Shown piece after piece: positions 40,045 to 50,376 of a stretch of DNA of 64,000 nucleotides (positions within the stretch are counted from its first letter, which is position 1; every line of letters begins with the position of its first letter). This DNA comes from an uncultured Bacilli bacterium (GTDB taxonomy: Bacteria; Bacillota_I; Bacilli_A; RF39; UBA660). The stretch is from positions 3,268-67,267 of the forward strand of contig CALVIP010000002.1 in NCBI GenBank assembly GCA_944331715.1. The letters run 5' to 3'. The notes below the pieces were generated by a model. That model saw only the letters and a list, made by a program, of their open reading frames with translations, did no database searches and was not told the DNA's origin. The position numbers and the translations under genes are program-made.

Positions 40045-41032
40045 AGACTTCCTCCTTAAACTTTTCTAATACTTGTAGTATATCACATATTTTAGTCATT
40101 TTATAAATTTTATTTTTAATTTCATTACTTCCTTGAACACCCTTTAAATACCAACCCACATGACTTCTTATTTCTAAAACTGCTTGCTTCTCACTTTTTA
40201 AATCTGCTAACATCTTTAAATGCTTTATGCACATATCTATTTTATCGATAGTTGTAGGTTGTGTATAAGGCCTACCTTCTAAGTAAAGAACTGTATTCCT
40301 AATAAGCCAAGGATTACCTAAAAGAGCTCTACCTATCATTACAGCATCACACCCTGTAAAGTCTAGCATCTCCTTAGCTTTCTCTGGACTAGTAACATCA
40401 CCATTACCAATTACTGGAATTTTAACACTATTTTTGACATCACGAATTATATTCCAATCAGCTTTACCAGAATAACCTTGGCTTCTAGTTCTACCATGTA
40501 TACAGATAGCACTAGCACCTGCTTCCTCACAAGTTTTAGCTATCTCAACTGCATTTATATGATTAACATCCCATCCACTACGTATTTTAACAGTAACAGG
40601 ACAATTAACTGACTTTACCACAGCACTGACTATTTCTTTTACCTTACTAGGATCTTTAAGTAAAGCACTTCCTGCCTGTGCTCTTAAAGCAACTTTAGGA
40701 ACAGGACACCCCATATTAATATCAATAATATCAGGCTTCATATTTTTCTCTATATACTTAGCTGCCTCTACAAAGCTATCTACATCACTACCAAATATTT
40801 GTTGAGCAATAGGACGTTCAACATCTTCCATATGAAGCATATCAATAGTTTTCTTATTATCATAACATATTGCCTTATCACTAACCATTTCTGCATAAAT
40901 AAGACCACAACCCATTTCTTTAACTATTTTACGATATGCACTATTACAAATACCTGCCATAGGAGCAAGAACAACTCTATTTTCTATTTCAACATTACCT
41001 ATTTTCCACATAAAATCACCCAACACTTGCAA
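40022..41032 (-). CDS. dusB: tRNA-dihydrouridine synthase
   Basis: VVLAPMAGICNSAYRKIV, the DINMGCP catalytic-Cys motif and IHGRTR motif. Position upstream of lysS as in Bacillus (yacF/dusB). The true start is probably the internal MWKIGNV. Confidence 0.9.
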   Translation of the reverse strand: MQVLGDFMWKIGNVEIENRVVLAPMAGICNSAYRKIVKEMGCGLIYAEMVSDKAICYDNKKTIDMLHMEDVERPIAQQIFGSDVDSFVEAAKYIEKNMKPDIIDINMGCPVPKVALRAQAGSALLKDPSKVKEIVSAVVKSVNCPVTVKIRSGWDVNHINAVEIAKTCEEAGASAICIHGRTRSQGYSGKADWNIIRDVKNSVKIPVIGNGDVTSPEKAKEMLDFTGCDAVMIGRALLGNPWLIRNTVLYLEGRPYTQPTTIDKIDMCIKHLKMLADLKSEKQAVLEIRSHVGWYLKGVQGSNEIKNKIYKMTKICDILQVLEKFKEEVYEEEKCL

Positions 41033-41172
41033 AATATAAACTTTTATGTTACTATGAATATGTAAAAGAAATTTACATAAACTATTAAGGGAACGTTCAA
41101 CTCTGCATTGTTGAATGCCTACCCCAAAATATTATTGTAGGAAGACATTTAATTCATTAGATGAATTAAGTG

Positions 41173-41265
41173 TCATTTTTTTATTACTATTATCAATATG
41201 ATAACTAGAGATAAAATGATAGAAATATGTTTAAGTACTTTTAATACAAAGATACGTTTATTCAT
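41173..41265 (-). CDS. 30-aa hydrophobic mini-ORF (candidate type I toxin-like membrane peptide)
   Basis: ATG at 41265 preceded by AGGAGG at 8-nt spacing. It encodes MNKRIFVLKVLKHISIILSLVIILIIVIKK (basic N-terminus, 15-residue hydrophobic core, KK tail), with a TGA stop. It falls below the cut-off of the supplied ORF track. Confidence 0.4.
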   Translation of the reverse strand: MNKRIFVLKVLKHISIILSLVIILIIVIKK

Positions 41266-41377
41266 ATCTATCAAACCTCCTTTCAAGGAGGTAGACACTC
41301 AACTGTTGAAGTTCCCTTAAGCATATTATATACTAAAGACAATTTTGATACAAGCATTTTTCACGAATTAGATACTA

Positions 41378-42058
41378 TTATTTTTTAACACTATTGCGAT
41401 ATAAAGTTAATACTTTTGAACTATACTCTATATTTTCCTTTGCTTCCTTCATAACAGGTAAATCCAAAACTTCCACAGAACAGTTATATTCATTTTTAAA
41501 TTCTAAATCAAAAAGATAAAATGGTGTTTCTCTACTAACTATATTATCTAAAGCAATACCTTTATAATTACCTTGCTCTAAAAAATGCAATCCTACCAAA
41601 TCTTTATTATGCAAAACTAATAAGTTAGGAAATCTATACCAATCAATATCATCAGTATGAGAATAAACACTTTCATAATTACCAAGTGGTAACAATGCAT
41701 ATGGACTAAATGCATCTAATTTAGCATTAGTCTTATTCACCAGTGTTACATTAAAATCCAAACATTCACTATTATAATACTTTCTTAATAAACTATCTCT
41801 AACTATTTTTTGATATTCAGTTTCACTACTACTAGTTATTAAATTAGCACGCAAATCTTTATTTTTACATTTTAATCTCCACTCATATATTGCCCTACCA
41901 TTTAACAAACAGTCAATTAAATCTTTATTAACAGTTTCTAAATCATAAAACCTTCTTCTTAAATGTTCTTCTTTATATTTCTTTACCTCTTCTTTTATTG
42001 CTTCTAATTCATAAACTAATATTTTCTTTCTATCTTCACTAAATTCATATAATTCCAT
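41378..42058 (-). CDS. Hypothetical protein (226 aa)
   Basis: ORF whose stop/start overlaps mscL. I recognise no family. Confidence 0.5.
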   Translation of the reverse strand: MELYEFSEDRKKILVYELEAIKEEVKKYKEEHLRRRFYDLETVNKDLIDCLLNGRAIYEWRLKCKNKDLRANLITSSSETEYQKIVRDSLLRKYYNSECLDFNVTLVNKTNAKLDAFSPYALLPLGNYESVYSHTDDIDWYRFPNLLVLHNKDLVGLHFLEQGNYKGIALDNIVSRETPFYLFDLEFKNEYNCSVEVLDLPVMKEAKENIEYSSKVLTLYRNSVKK

Positions 42059-42507
42059 TATCTATTTCCTCCAACTTTTTTATTTTCTTTTAGCAAATCT
42101 CTAATCTCCTCAAGTAAAACTACTTGTTCATCTTTCTTCCTCTCTTCTTTTTTATGTTCTATTCCTAACTTCTTATCTGCTCTATCTCTAATATTAGTAA
42201 CTATCTTAACCATTACAAAGATACAAATAACAATGATTAAAAAGTCTACAATACTCTGTATAAAAGAACCATACATAATAGAAGCATCACCTATCTTAAT
42301 AGATAACCCACTAAAGTCAAGTCCACCTAATATAACACCAAGTAAAGGCATAAATATATCATCTACTAAACTACTAACTATTTTAGAAAAGGCACTACCA
42401 ATAATAACACCAATAGCCATATCTAAAACAGCACCTCTACTAATAAATTTTCTAAATTCTCCTATTTCTTTTTCCACTGCTTTCCTAGCTTTCATAACTT
42501 CCTCCAT
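42058..42507 (-). CDS. mscL: Large-conductance mechanosensitive channel
   Basis: FISRGAVLDMAIGVIIGSAFSKIVSSLVDDIFMPLLG is the MscL TM1 signature. A second TM follows, then a charged C-terminal helix. Confidence 0.9.
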   Translation of the reverse strand: MEEVMKARKAVEKEIGEFRKFISRGAVLDMAIGVIIGSAFSKIVSSLVDDIFMPLLGVILGGLDFSGLSIKIGDASIMYGSFIQSIVDFLIIVICIFVMVKIVTNIRDRADKKLGIEHKKEERKKDEQVVLLEEIRDLLKENKKVGGNR

Positions 42508-42558
42508 CTTTTTCCACTGGCTTTGTGAATAACTGATTTTATAATACAGAAAAAAGAA

Positions 42559-44526
42559 CTATTTTTCAAGTTCTTTTATAAGTTCAGCTTTATTCATCTT
42601 AGAGTAACCTTTAACACCTTTTTCTTTAGCAAGTTCTTTTAACTTAGTTAAACTCATTTTCTCATAGTTAGTTTCCTCTTCTTCAGAAGGCATCTCACCA
42701 TGTTCTACTAAGTAATCAATTTGTTCTTTAGTTAAAGTCTCATACTCTAATAATGTCTTAGCAAGTAAATCAAGTAAATATCTATTTTCTTTAATTATTT
42801 TAGTAGCTTCATCATAGCACTTATCAATAATTTTTCTCATTTCTTGATCTATTTCATGAGCTACTTCATTAGAGAAGTTACGAGTCTTAGCATAATCTCT
42901 ACCTAAGAAAGCACTACCTTCTCTTTCTTCTAATTGCATAGGTCCTAAATCACTCATACCATATTCAGTAACCATAGCTCTTGCTATCTTAGTAGCTTTC
43001 TCAAAGTCATTTTGTGCACCAGTTGTAACTTCACCAAATACAATCTCTTCACTAACACGTCCTGCAAGTAAACCTGTAATTTCTTCTAGTAAATCAGTCT
43101 TAGTACGACATATCTTCTCTTCACTAGGAATCATCATATTATATCCACCAGCAGAACCACGTGGAATAATAGTAACTTTTTGAACATCATTAGCACCTTT
43201 TAACTTAATACCAACAACAGCATGTCCAGACTCATGATATGCAACTAACTTACGGTCATTTTCACTTCTTTTAGCACTAGTCTTAGCAGGTCCCATTAAT
43301 ACTCTATCACTTGCTTCATCAATTTCACTCATAGTAATAGCATCTTTATTACGTCTAACAGCTAGAAGTGCTGCCTCATTAAGTAAGTTTTCAAGGTCAG
43401 CACCAGAATATCCTGGAGTTCTCTTAGCAAGAGCAGGAATATTAACAGAAGGCGCTAACACTTTATTACGCGCATGTACTTTAAGTATTTCTTCACGTCC
43501 TTTAACATCTGGTAAATTAACAGTAACTTGTCTATCAAATCTACCCGGACGAAGTAAAGCTGGATCTAATACATCAGGTCTATTAGTAGCAGCGATAATA
43601 ATGATACCTTCATTTTCACCAAAACCATCCATTTCAGTAAGTAATTGGTTTAATGTTTGTTCTCTCTCATCATGTCCACCACCAATTCCAGTACCTCTTT
43701 GACGTCCTACAGCATCTATCTCATCTATAAAGATAAGACAAGGAGCAGTTCTTTTCGCTTGTTGGAACATATCACGAACACGACTTGCACCAACACCTAC
43801 GAATAACTCAACAAAATCAGATCCACTAATATAATAGAATGGAACATTCGCTTCACCTGCAACAGCACGAGCAAGTAATGTTTTACCAGTTCCTGGAGGA
43901 CCATATAAAAGTACTCCCTTAGGAATTCTAGCACCTAACTTTTGGAACTTCTTAGGATTCTTTAAGAAATCAATTAATTCCTTAACTTCTTCTTTCTCTT
44001 CATTAAGTCCTGCTACATCTTTAAATGTAACTTTATTTTTCTCGCTAGATAACTTAGCTTTACTCTTTCCAAAGTCAAGAGAATTCTTACCTCCACCCAT
44101 TTGTTTAGTTAAAAACCAAAAACAAACAAATCCAAGTATTGCTATAGGTAAAATATTAACTAAAACAAGTAATAATGTACTAGACTCTGGATCAGCAGTA
44201 CTAGTAAATTCAAAATCATCAACTTCACTAGCTTCCACTAACTTTTTCATTACTTGATCAGATAGAGGAACTCTAACAAAGAAAGTTTCATTCTCCTGAT
44301 AATCATCTAATTTACCAGTAATCTCATAAATTTTCGCTCTATCACGAGGAGTTACTGTAATTTCACTTACTTCCTTATCTTCTAAACTACTCATAAACTC
44401 ATCATAAGTTAAAACATTAACTTTCTGATTAGCAACACTAACAAAGTAAATAACTCCAAGCATTACTAGAAGTAAAAAGACATATGGAAGTAAACCTTTT
44501 TTAACTACTTTTTTATTTACATTCAC
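42559..44526 (-). CDS. ftsH: ATP-dependent zinc metalloprotease FtsH with a Rho_N-like C-terminal tail
   Basis: Two N-terminal TMs. AAA module ([18 protein letters not shown]). SRH and the zinc-binding HESGHA motif. The C-terminal ~30 aa read [32 protein letters not shown]. Confidence 0.95.
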   Translation of the reverse strand: MNVNKKVVKKGLLPYVFLLLVMLGVIYFVSVANQKVNVLTYDEFMSSLEDKEVSEITVTPRDRAKIYEITGKLDDYQENETFFVRVPLSDQVMKKLVEASEVDDFEFTSTADPESSTLLLVLVNILPIAILGFVCFWFLTKQMGGGKNSLDFGKSKAKLSSEKNKVTFKDVAGLNEEKEEVKELIDFLKNPKKFQKLGARIPKGVLLYGPPGTGKTLLARAVAGEANVPFYYISGSDFVELFVGVGASRVRDMFQQAKRTAPCLIFIDEIDAVGRQRGTGIGGGHDEREQTLNQLLTEMDGFGENEGIIIIAATNRPDVLDPALLRPGRFDRQVTVNLPDVKGREEILKVHARNKVLAPSVNIPALAKRTPGYSGADLENLLNEAALLAVRRNKDAITMSEIDEASDRVLMGPAKTSAKRSENDRKLVAYHESGHAVVGIKLKGANDVQKVTIIPRGSAGGYNMMIPSEEKICRTKTDLLEEITGLLAGRVSEEIVFGEVTTGAQNDFEKATKIARAMVTEYGMSDLGPMQLEEREGSAFLGRDYAKTRNFSNEVAHEIDQEMRKIIDKCYDEATKIIKENRYLLDLLAKTLLEYETLTKEQIDYLVEHGEMPSEEEETNYEKMSLTKLKELAKEKGVKGYSKMNKAELIKELEK

Positions 44527-44543
44527 AAAAATCTCTCCTTTTT

Positions 44544-45860
44544 CTACTCATATCTCAGTATTATATCATAAAATTCACTATTAGTCTTATCAAATTTAGA
44601 TTTTTTTAAACCTGGCACAAAAACTACATGTCCACGGCTATCAACAACTATAGGCCATAAGTCTCTATCTGAAGCAGGAATCTTACTATCTATAAAGATA
44701 TCTTTTATTTTTTTATGTCCTCCTCCTTTAATAGCCATAACATCTCCAAGCTTTCTAGTTCTAACTATTAAAGGTAAAGTTACTTCCTTACTAGATAGTT
44801 TAATTATATTATTACTATTTCCTTTAACAGAATCTAATAATTCTAATTTATGACCATTAGGAAGCATTACATCTTTAGTAATTTCAATTTCATAACTACT
44901 AAGTAAAGTAGGATTTCTTCTAATAGATAAGGTATTATAACTCTTTACTACTTCCACATCATTAGGAAGATTAACCTTAGCATTACTTTTTTTACTATTA
45001 ATAAGACTTTCTATTAAATCTAAATGTTTATCATTTATTAACATTAAATCATCTTGATAAAAACTAGATATAAACTTCTCTAAGATAATTCTCTTTAAGA
45101 ATTTATTAATCTCTAAGTATCTATCTATATAAAGTTTATTATCTTTAACTACCCTATTAATCGCTTTACTAGCTTCCTCTTCTATAAATAAATCCGCTTC
45201 ATTTAACACATTACTAAACTTTAAATACTTCTTATGAATATCTTTATCTTCACTTTTTAAAAAAGGTAATACTTCCTTACGATATCTATTTCTCGTATAA
45301 ACACTACTAAAATTACTCTTATCAACTGCATAAGGTATTTTATTCTTATGACAATAATCTAAAAGTTCATCTTTAGTTAAACCAATAAAAGGTCTATAAA
45401 TGTAATACCCATCCATTTTTACTAATTTTTTAAAGCCACTATATCCTCTTAAAGTAGAACCTCTAGCAATTCTCATAAGTATTGTTTCCAGCAAGTCATC
45501 ACCATGATGTGCAGTAAAAAGGTATCTAGCATTATATTTCTTAACTACATCATCAAAAAACTGATATCTAATATTTCTCGCTTCATTATGAAAGTTATCA
45601 TCACCATAACCATTTATCTTCATATATTCGAAGATTACATTATTCTTTTTACAAAACCCTTCTAAATCTTCTTTCTCCTTAGCACTCTCACGTCTTTTAT
45701 CATGATTAACATGAGCACAAACTAAAACAACATCATGACACTTCCTATATTCTAAAAGTGTCTTAAATAAAGCCATAGAATCAGGCCCATAACTACAAGC
45801 AAAGACTAAAAAGTCTCCTTCTTTAACTTTAATATCTTTATATAAACTCTCAATATTCAT
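44544..45860 (-). CDS. tilS: tRNA(Ile)-lysidine synthetase
   Basis: N-terminal PP-loop ATPase motif (VFACSYGPDSMAL). About 438 aa. Position immediately upstream of ftsH as in Bacillus. Confidence 0.85.
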   Translation of the reverse strand: MNIESLYKDIKVKEGDFLVFACSYGPDSMALFKTLLEYRKCHDVVLVCAHVNHDKRRESAKEKEDLEGFCKKNNVIFEYMKINGYGDDNFHNEARNIRYQFFDDVVKKYNARYLFTAHHGDDLLETILMRIARGSTLRGYSGFKKLVKMDGYYIYRPFIGLTKDELLDYCHKNKIPYAVDKSNFSSVYTRNRYRKEVLPFLKSEDKDIHKKYLKFSNVLNEADLFIEEEASKAINRVVKDNKLYIDRYLEINKFLKRIILEKFISSFYQDDLMLINDKHLDLIESLINSKKSNAKVNLPNDVEVVKSYNTLSIRRNPTLLSSYEIEITKDVMLPNGHKLELLDSVKGNSNNIIKLSSKEVTLPLIVRTRKLGDVMAIKGGGHKKIKDIFIDSKIPASDRDLWPIVVDSRGHVVFVPGLKKSKFDKTNSEFYDIILRYE

Positions 45861-45866
45861 TACCTA

Positions 45867-46193
45867 CTAATCACTTTCCTCTTCATCATCTTCAGGTATT
45901 TTTAATATTAATTCTCCATCTTTAGAATAATAATATTTTTCTCTAGCATATCTTGCAACATAATCAGAATCTTGAAGCTTATTAACATCAGACTCTAACT
46001 CTTCTTCTTTATCTTTAAGGGAAGCAAGTTCTTTCTTCAACTCTCCTTTTTCTTGATATTTACTATATATCATAGTCCAATATCTAAAAATTGTAAACGT
46101 AGTAAAAATAATAACAGCAAAAGAAACACAAAGTAATAGTACTGGACCTAATTTTTTCTTTTTTCTTCTCTTAGCCATTAAATTTTCACCCAC
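45867..46193 (-). CDS. divIC: Septum formation initiator (DivIC/FtsB family)
   Basis: N-terminal TM, coiled coil (KKELASLKDKEEELESDVNKLQ), then the DYVARYAREKYYYSKDGE motif typical of FtsB/DivIC. It follows yabP-yabQ. Confidence 0.8.
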   Translation of the reverse strand: MGENLMAKRRKKKKLGPVLLLCVSFAVIIFTTFTIFRYWTMIYSKYQEKGELKKELASLKDKEEELESDVNKLQDSDYVARYAREKYYYSKDGELILKIPEDDEEESD

Positions 46194-46245
46194 TTTCCTA
46201 AAATATATTATAATATCATAAAAAAACTAGTTCAATATTAACTAG

Positions 46246-46581
46246 TTACTTTTTACACTTTTGGGCATCTTTTTTAATTTTTTTCTTGACTTCTGGCATC
46301 TTTAATAGTTTTCTAAACCTCTTACTAAAATCAAAGAACAAGGAAAAGCCAAATATTATAAACAAATAGAAATATGGATGAATAATAGCATTATTTATTT
46401 TTCTCATAACAAGAAAATAAATAAGTACTAAATCTAAAATAAATAAAATATTAAATATAATCTTAACAACTCTATTTTTATAAAAAAGAATATTATAATT
46501 AAAATTATATAAGACTGATAAAACGCCACCATATATAAAAGAGAATATTAAAGCCACTACTTGTTCAGATAAATTCATCAT
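46246..46581 (-). CDS. yabQ: Spore cortex biosynthesis protein YabQ-like membrane protein
   Basis: 111-aa polytopic membrane protein immediately downstream of yabP and upstream of divIC, which is the conserved yabP-yabQ-divIC order. Confidence 0.6.
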   Translation of the reverse strand: MMNLSEQVVALIFSFIYGGVLSVLYNFNYNILFYKNRVVKIIFNILFILDLVLIYFLVMRKINNAIIHPYFYLFIIFGFSLFFDFSKRFRKLLKMPEVKKKIKKDAQKCKK

Positions 46582-46877
46582 CTAAACAATCTATTAAAGA
46601 CACTAGAACCGTCTTTTTCTTTTTTACCATTATTTTCATCCATATAAGAAAAACCTTTTATTAAGCCTTTAATAGAAACATTACCTGCTAAAGTATCTAA
46701 TTTAACAAGTTCCAAATCTTCACCTTTAACAACTAAAAATCCCATAACTGTTTCAAGCAAAAACTCTTCACTATCAAAGTTCTCTATTTTCTTAACTCCA
46801 GTAATAAGTAAGTTCTTTCTTTCTGTAATAGTAATACTATGATTATAATTATTAATAATTGCTTCCTTACTTTCCAT
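46578..46877 (-). CDS. yabP: Sporulation protein YabP
   Basis: ITITERKNLLITGVKKIENFDSEEFLLETVMGFLVVKGEDLELVKLD is the YabP-family signature. Confidence 0.8.
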   Translation of the reverse strand: MESKEAIINNYNHSITITERKNLLITGVKKIENFDSEEFLLETVMGFLVVKGEDLELVKLDTLAGNVSIKGLIKGFSYMDENNGKKEKDGSSVFNRLFR

Positions 46878-46932
46878 ATCATCACCTAATAAATGATATG
46901 CAAAAGAAAATTAAATATGAAAAAAAGAAGAA

Positions 46933-47211
46933 TTAATCTTCTTTAGTATCTTCATCTTTAATGTTATTATATGCTTCAATAATTTTATCTTGAAACATTG
47001 CTCTAACTTCAGGATTAATTGGATGTGCAATATCACGATATCCTCCAGCTTGAGTCTTTCTACTAGGCATAGCAATAAAAAGTCCATTATCACCTTCAAT
47101 GATTCTAATATCATGAACAGCAAAAGAATCATCTAGCAATACAGACGCAATACCTTTCATACGACTTCCTTCTTTTTCAATTTTACGTACATTTACAGAT
47201 GTAATTTTCAT
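46933..47211 (-). CDS. spoVG: Septation protein SpoVG
   Basis: [52 protein letters not shown] is a near-canonical SpoVG sequence. Confidence 0.93.
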   Translation of the reverse strand: MKITSVNVRKIEKEGSRMKGIASVLLDDSFAVHDIRIIEGDNGLFIAMPSRKTQAGGYRDIAHPINPEVRAMFQDKIIEAYNNIKDEDTKED

Positions 47212-47316
47212 ATGTAACCTCCTAATACTAAGTCTTATAAGTCAATTCTATACCAGTTAACTAACTTTTGCAAGATATTTTTAAAACATTGTCAATTACT
47301 TTACTAATATATGCAT

Positions 47317-47532
47317 CTATTTAAGTATCTCTAAACTAGAAGTAATTAAATCACTATATGAAAAAGATTTAATATTATTATCATCGACTAATTTAACTAC
47401 AAATATAGAGTGATATGTCTCTATTATTTCCCCATCAAATTCTACTATTTGATTTCTACTACCATTAAATTTAAAATGAAGTATCTTTCCCTCTTGAGAC
47501 TTAACCTCATCTCTTACTTTATCAACATTCAT
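47317..47532 (-). CDS. veg: Veg (DUF1021) biofilm-stimulating small protein
   Basis: A 71-aa protein in the Veg family pattern (…GKILHFKFNGSRNQIVEFDGEIIETYHSIFVVKL…), positioned between yabG and spoVG-side genes as in Bacillus. Confidence 0.75.
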   Translation of the reverse strand: MNVDKVRDEVKSQEGKILHFKFNGSRNQIVEFDGEIIETYHSIFVVKLVDDNNIKSFSYSDLITSSLEILK

Positions 47533-48317
47533 CTAGGATACCCCACATACATAACACCATTAGTAATAATACCACCAATACCATCACTACCGTAATGTGT
47601 TTTATCTAATAGACTTATTAAATCAATTTCTTTATTCTTAGGAGATAATGCTACAGCACTTGCAATTATAGCAGGATCCAGTGCATGAATATTAATCCTC
47701 TTAGGACTAGAAGCAAAGTTAGCACCAGCTTTAATTAAATCTTCATAAAAAGACTGACAAGCTCCCGAAATAATAATAAGTTTATCTTGATTTCTCTCAT
47801 ATTCTCTAGCTTTAACAGTTGCCTTAACAAAATTATTTGAATTCTGATAACTAGACAAATTATTCTTATCCTTATTTTTCTTAAAAGAATCATGTCCTGT
47901 AATAACTAAAATATCTGGTTTATACTCATTTAAACAAGAAGTAATATCTCTTTCAAATCTTTCTTCATCTAAATTAACACCATAAGCTTCTAAATGCATA
48001 TCTTTATAAAAATCTATACATCTTTTCAAGTAATCTTTATCTCCATCAATATGTAAAATCTTCCCTGGTAAATAAAAGTATTCACTTCTATCTAAATTTA
48101 ACATATCTTTAATCTTTAAAGCATCATTACGGTCTTTATTATTATCAGAATTAACTAAAGCTTTTTCTAAATCATCTAAACTACTATCAGCATAAAGTCT
48201 AACATCTATTCCTTTTAAGTAAGCTATATCATCTTTAATATCAATAATTGTAAATATTATATCGTTATTATAAGAATTCCTAGTTACAACATCACCTATT
48301 TTAAACATAAAATTCAC
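47529..48317 (-). CDS. yabG: Sporulation-specific protease YabG
   Basis: Peptidase U57 family with the conserved ILVITGHD motif. Synteny ksgA-yabG-veg. Confidence 0.8.
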   Translation of the reverse strand: MNFMFKIGDVVTRNSYNNDIIFTIIDIKDDIAYLKGIDVRLYADSSLDDLEKALVNSDNNKDRNDALKIKDMLNLDRSEYFYLPGKILHIDGDKDYLKRCIDFYKDMHLEAYGVNLDEERFERDITSCLNEYKPDILVITGHDSFKKNKDKNNLSSYQNSNNFVKATVKAREYERNQDKLIIISGACQSFYEDLIKAGANFASSPKRINIHALDPAIIASAVALSPKNKEIDLISLLDKTHYGSDGIGGIITNGVMYVGYPR

Positions 48318-48346
48318 CCATTAAATTATATGTTTAAAAGAAATAA

Positions 48347-49168
48347 TTATGATTTATACAAAGTATTAGCCATCTCAACAAATATTTTATAATCTAAAGC
48401 CTCAGCTCTCACACTCAAATCATATCCATATTTATTTAAAACACTCTCTAAAAGTTCTAAATTATATTTTTTTAAATTATTTCTCAAAGTCTTTCTCCTA
48501 AACTGAAAACTATCATGAACAAGCTTTATAAAAAAGTCTTTATCTACTAACTCTTCAAGTTTCTCTTTTCTACTAAAAGACACAACAACACTATCTACAT
48601 TAGGTCTAGGATAAAACTGATTCCTATCAACAATAAATTCTTTTCTCACATCAAAAAAATAATTAAGAATAACAGTAAGAGCCCCATAATCTTTTGTAGA
48701 TACTTTACTACAAAATCTATCCCCAACCTCTTTTTGAACCATCATTACAATTTTTTCAAAAGCTAAATTACTATCAATTAATTTAAAAAGTATAGGAGTA
48801 GTTATATAGTATGGTACATTACTAACAAAATAAATATTATTATAAGAATATTCCCTCACATCTAAAGCAATATCTGCCTTAAGAAAATCAGAAAATAAGA
48901 CCTTTACATTATTATAATCCTTAAGTCTAACAGAAAGAATATCTTCTAAACTATTATCTACTTCATAAGCCAAAATATTACTATCTTTATATAGTTCTGC
49001 TAAAGCAACAGTTAAATTACCACTACCAGGACCTACTTCTATAATTAAAGACCCTGGTTTAACTAAAGCAACTTTAGCAATTTTATCAATAATAGCTTTA
49101 TTCTGTAAAAAATTTTGTCCAAACTTTTTCTTAAATTTAAAATCGTCCATAATATCACTTTCTTTCAT
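48347..49168 (-). CDS. rsmA: 16S rRNA (adenine1518/1519-N6)-dimethyltransferase
   Basis: FGQNFLQN and VVEVGPGSGNLT SAM-binding motifs. About 273 aa. Confidence 0.93.
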   Translation of the reverse strand: MKESDIMDDFKFKKKFGQNFLQNKAIIDKIAKVALVKPGSLIIEVGPGSGNLTVALAELYKDSNILAYEVDNSLEDILSVRLKDYNNVKVLFSDFLKADIALDVREYSYNNIYFVSNVPYYITTPILFKLIDSNLAFEKIVMMVQKEVGDRFCSKVSTKDYGALTVILNYFFDVRKEFIVDRNQFYPRPNVDSVVVSFSRKEKLEELVDKDFFIKLVHDSFQFRRKTLRNNLKKYNLELLESVLNKYGYDLSVRAEALDYKIFVEMANTLYKS

Positions 49169-49212
49169 ACTAAAAATTATATTAGTACTTTAAAATTTTG
49201 TAAAGAAAAAGT

Positions 49213-49680
49213 CTAAGCATTCTTAAGATTCTTAGACTCATTATTAATATCACTTTTTAGTTTAACTTTTTCCTTAAACATAAATAAAATATTTGATAAA
49301 ACTAAACCGTATAACATTATATCAATGTAAGCAAGTAAATTATCATAAAAGTTAAAATCTATACCATATCCATACTTACCATTTAAAACCATATTAGTAT
49401 CTAATATTGCTCTTAAAGAAACAAGTACAATAGTAGTAAGTACTAAGCAACAAGTAAGGTTATAAAATAAACATTTAGTAACGCCTTCCTGTCTAAAAAT
49501 CATATTTATTATAAATAAAATTAACAAAAGTAAAAATGGAACAAACTGAGGTAATACACTAATTATATCTTTGTTAAGTCTCATATTCATTCTAATAAAG
49601 ATAAATAAAGCTAAAGCAAATGCAGCAATTAATAGAAGAAATTTAAGTCCATAAAACAACCCATTAAATATCTTTTTCAT
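49213..49680 (-). CDS. Polytopic membrane protein (155 aa), last gene of the SipW cluster
   Basis: Four predicted TM helices. I recognise no family. Confidence 0.45.
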   Translation of the reverse strand: MKKIFNGLFYGLKFLLLIAAFALALFIFIRMNMRLNKDIISVLPQFVPFLLLLILFIINMIFRQEGVTKCLFYNLTCCLVLTTIVLVSLRAILDTNMVLNGKYGYGIDFNFYDNLLAYIDIMLYGLVLSNILFMFKEKVKLKSDINNESKNLKNA

Positions 49681-49684
49681 AATT

Positions 49685-50374
49685 CTAACCTCCTAACACT
49701 ATACTTCTATACCAAACTGATATTTCAACAAGTAAATCTAACGTATCTTGATAACTATCCATTGTAGTAGAATAACTATCCTCAACAAGATCAAAAAAAT
49801 TATTTTTATTAGAATCAGTAGTAAAGTAATAATGATCAGAATTTTCTATATTGTTTTGAACATAATCAACAGAATCTAACAAATTATTAACATTGACTTC
49901 AACAAATGGAAAAATAACATTATAATTAGTTAAAGACTGTACTGTATCAGTATTCAACATTGATATAATTTGCATTACTAAGCAATCATTAAGTATATTG
50001 TTTTTATAATCTACTACAAAATTATAACTATCTTTAATTCCAAGCTCATCAAGTTCAAAATATTTCATCATATCTTCACTTTCAATCATATCAACACAAT
50101 TTTGCATTCTTGCTTGCACATTATTAAGACCATAAATATTAAGAGAACCTCTATAAGTAGATTGATTATAAACACCTATATTATCCTTGATAGTTTGAAG
50201 TTTGCTTTCAACACTAACTTTATTAGTATCATTATAAGCACTAATATCAACAGTTTCACTCAACTCCTGCATATGATAAAAATTAATAAAAAGTAGAAAG
50301 AAAGCGCATCCAAAAACAAGACCTGTAATTGTATAAGCAAATGTATTTGCATACTCTAATAATAATTTCTTCAT
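49685..50374 (-). CDS. Membrane-anchored hypothetical protein (229 aa) in the SipW cluster
   Basis: N-terminal TM (FAYTITGLVFGCAFFLLFINFY) followed by an N/D/Y-rich extracytoplasmic domain. Confidence 0.5.
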   Translation of the reverse strand: MKKLLLEYANTFAYTITGLVFGCAFFLLFINFYHMQELSETVDISAYNDTNKVSVESKLQTIKDNIGVYNQSTYRGSLNIYGLNNVQARMQNCVDMIESEDMMKYFELDELGIKDSYNFVVDYKNNILNDCLVMQIISMLNTDTVQSLTNYNVIFPFVEVNVNNLLDSVDYVQNNIENSDHYYFTTDSNKNNFFDLVEDSYSTTMDSYQDTLDLLVEISVWYRSIVLGG

Positions 50375-50376
50375 AA

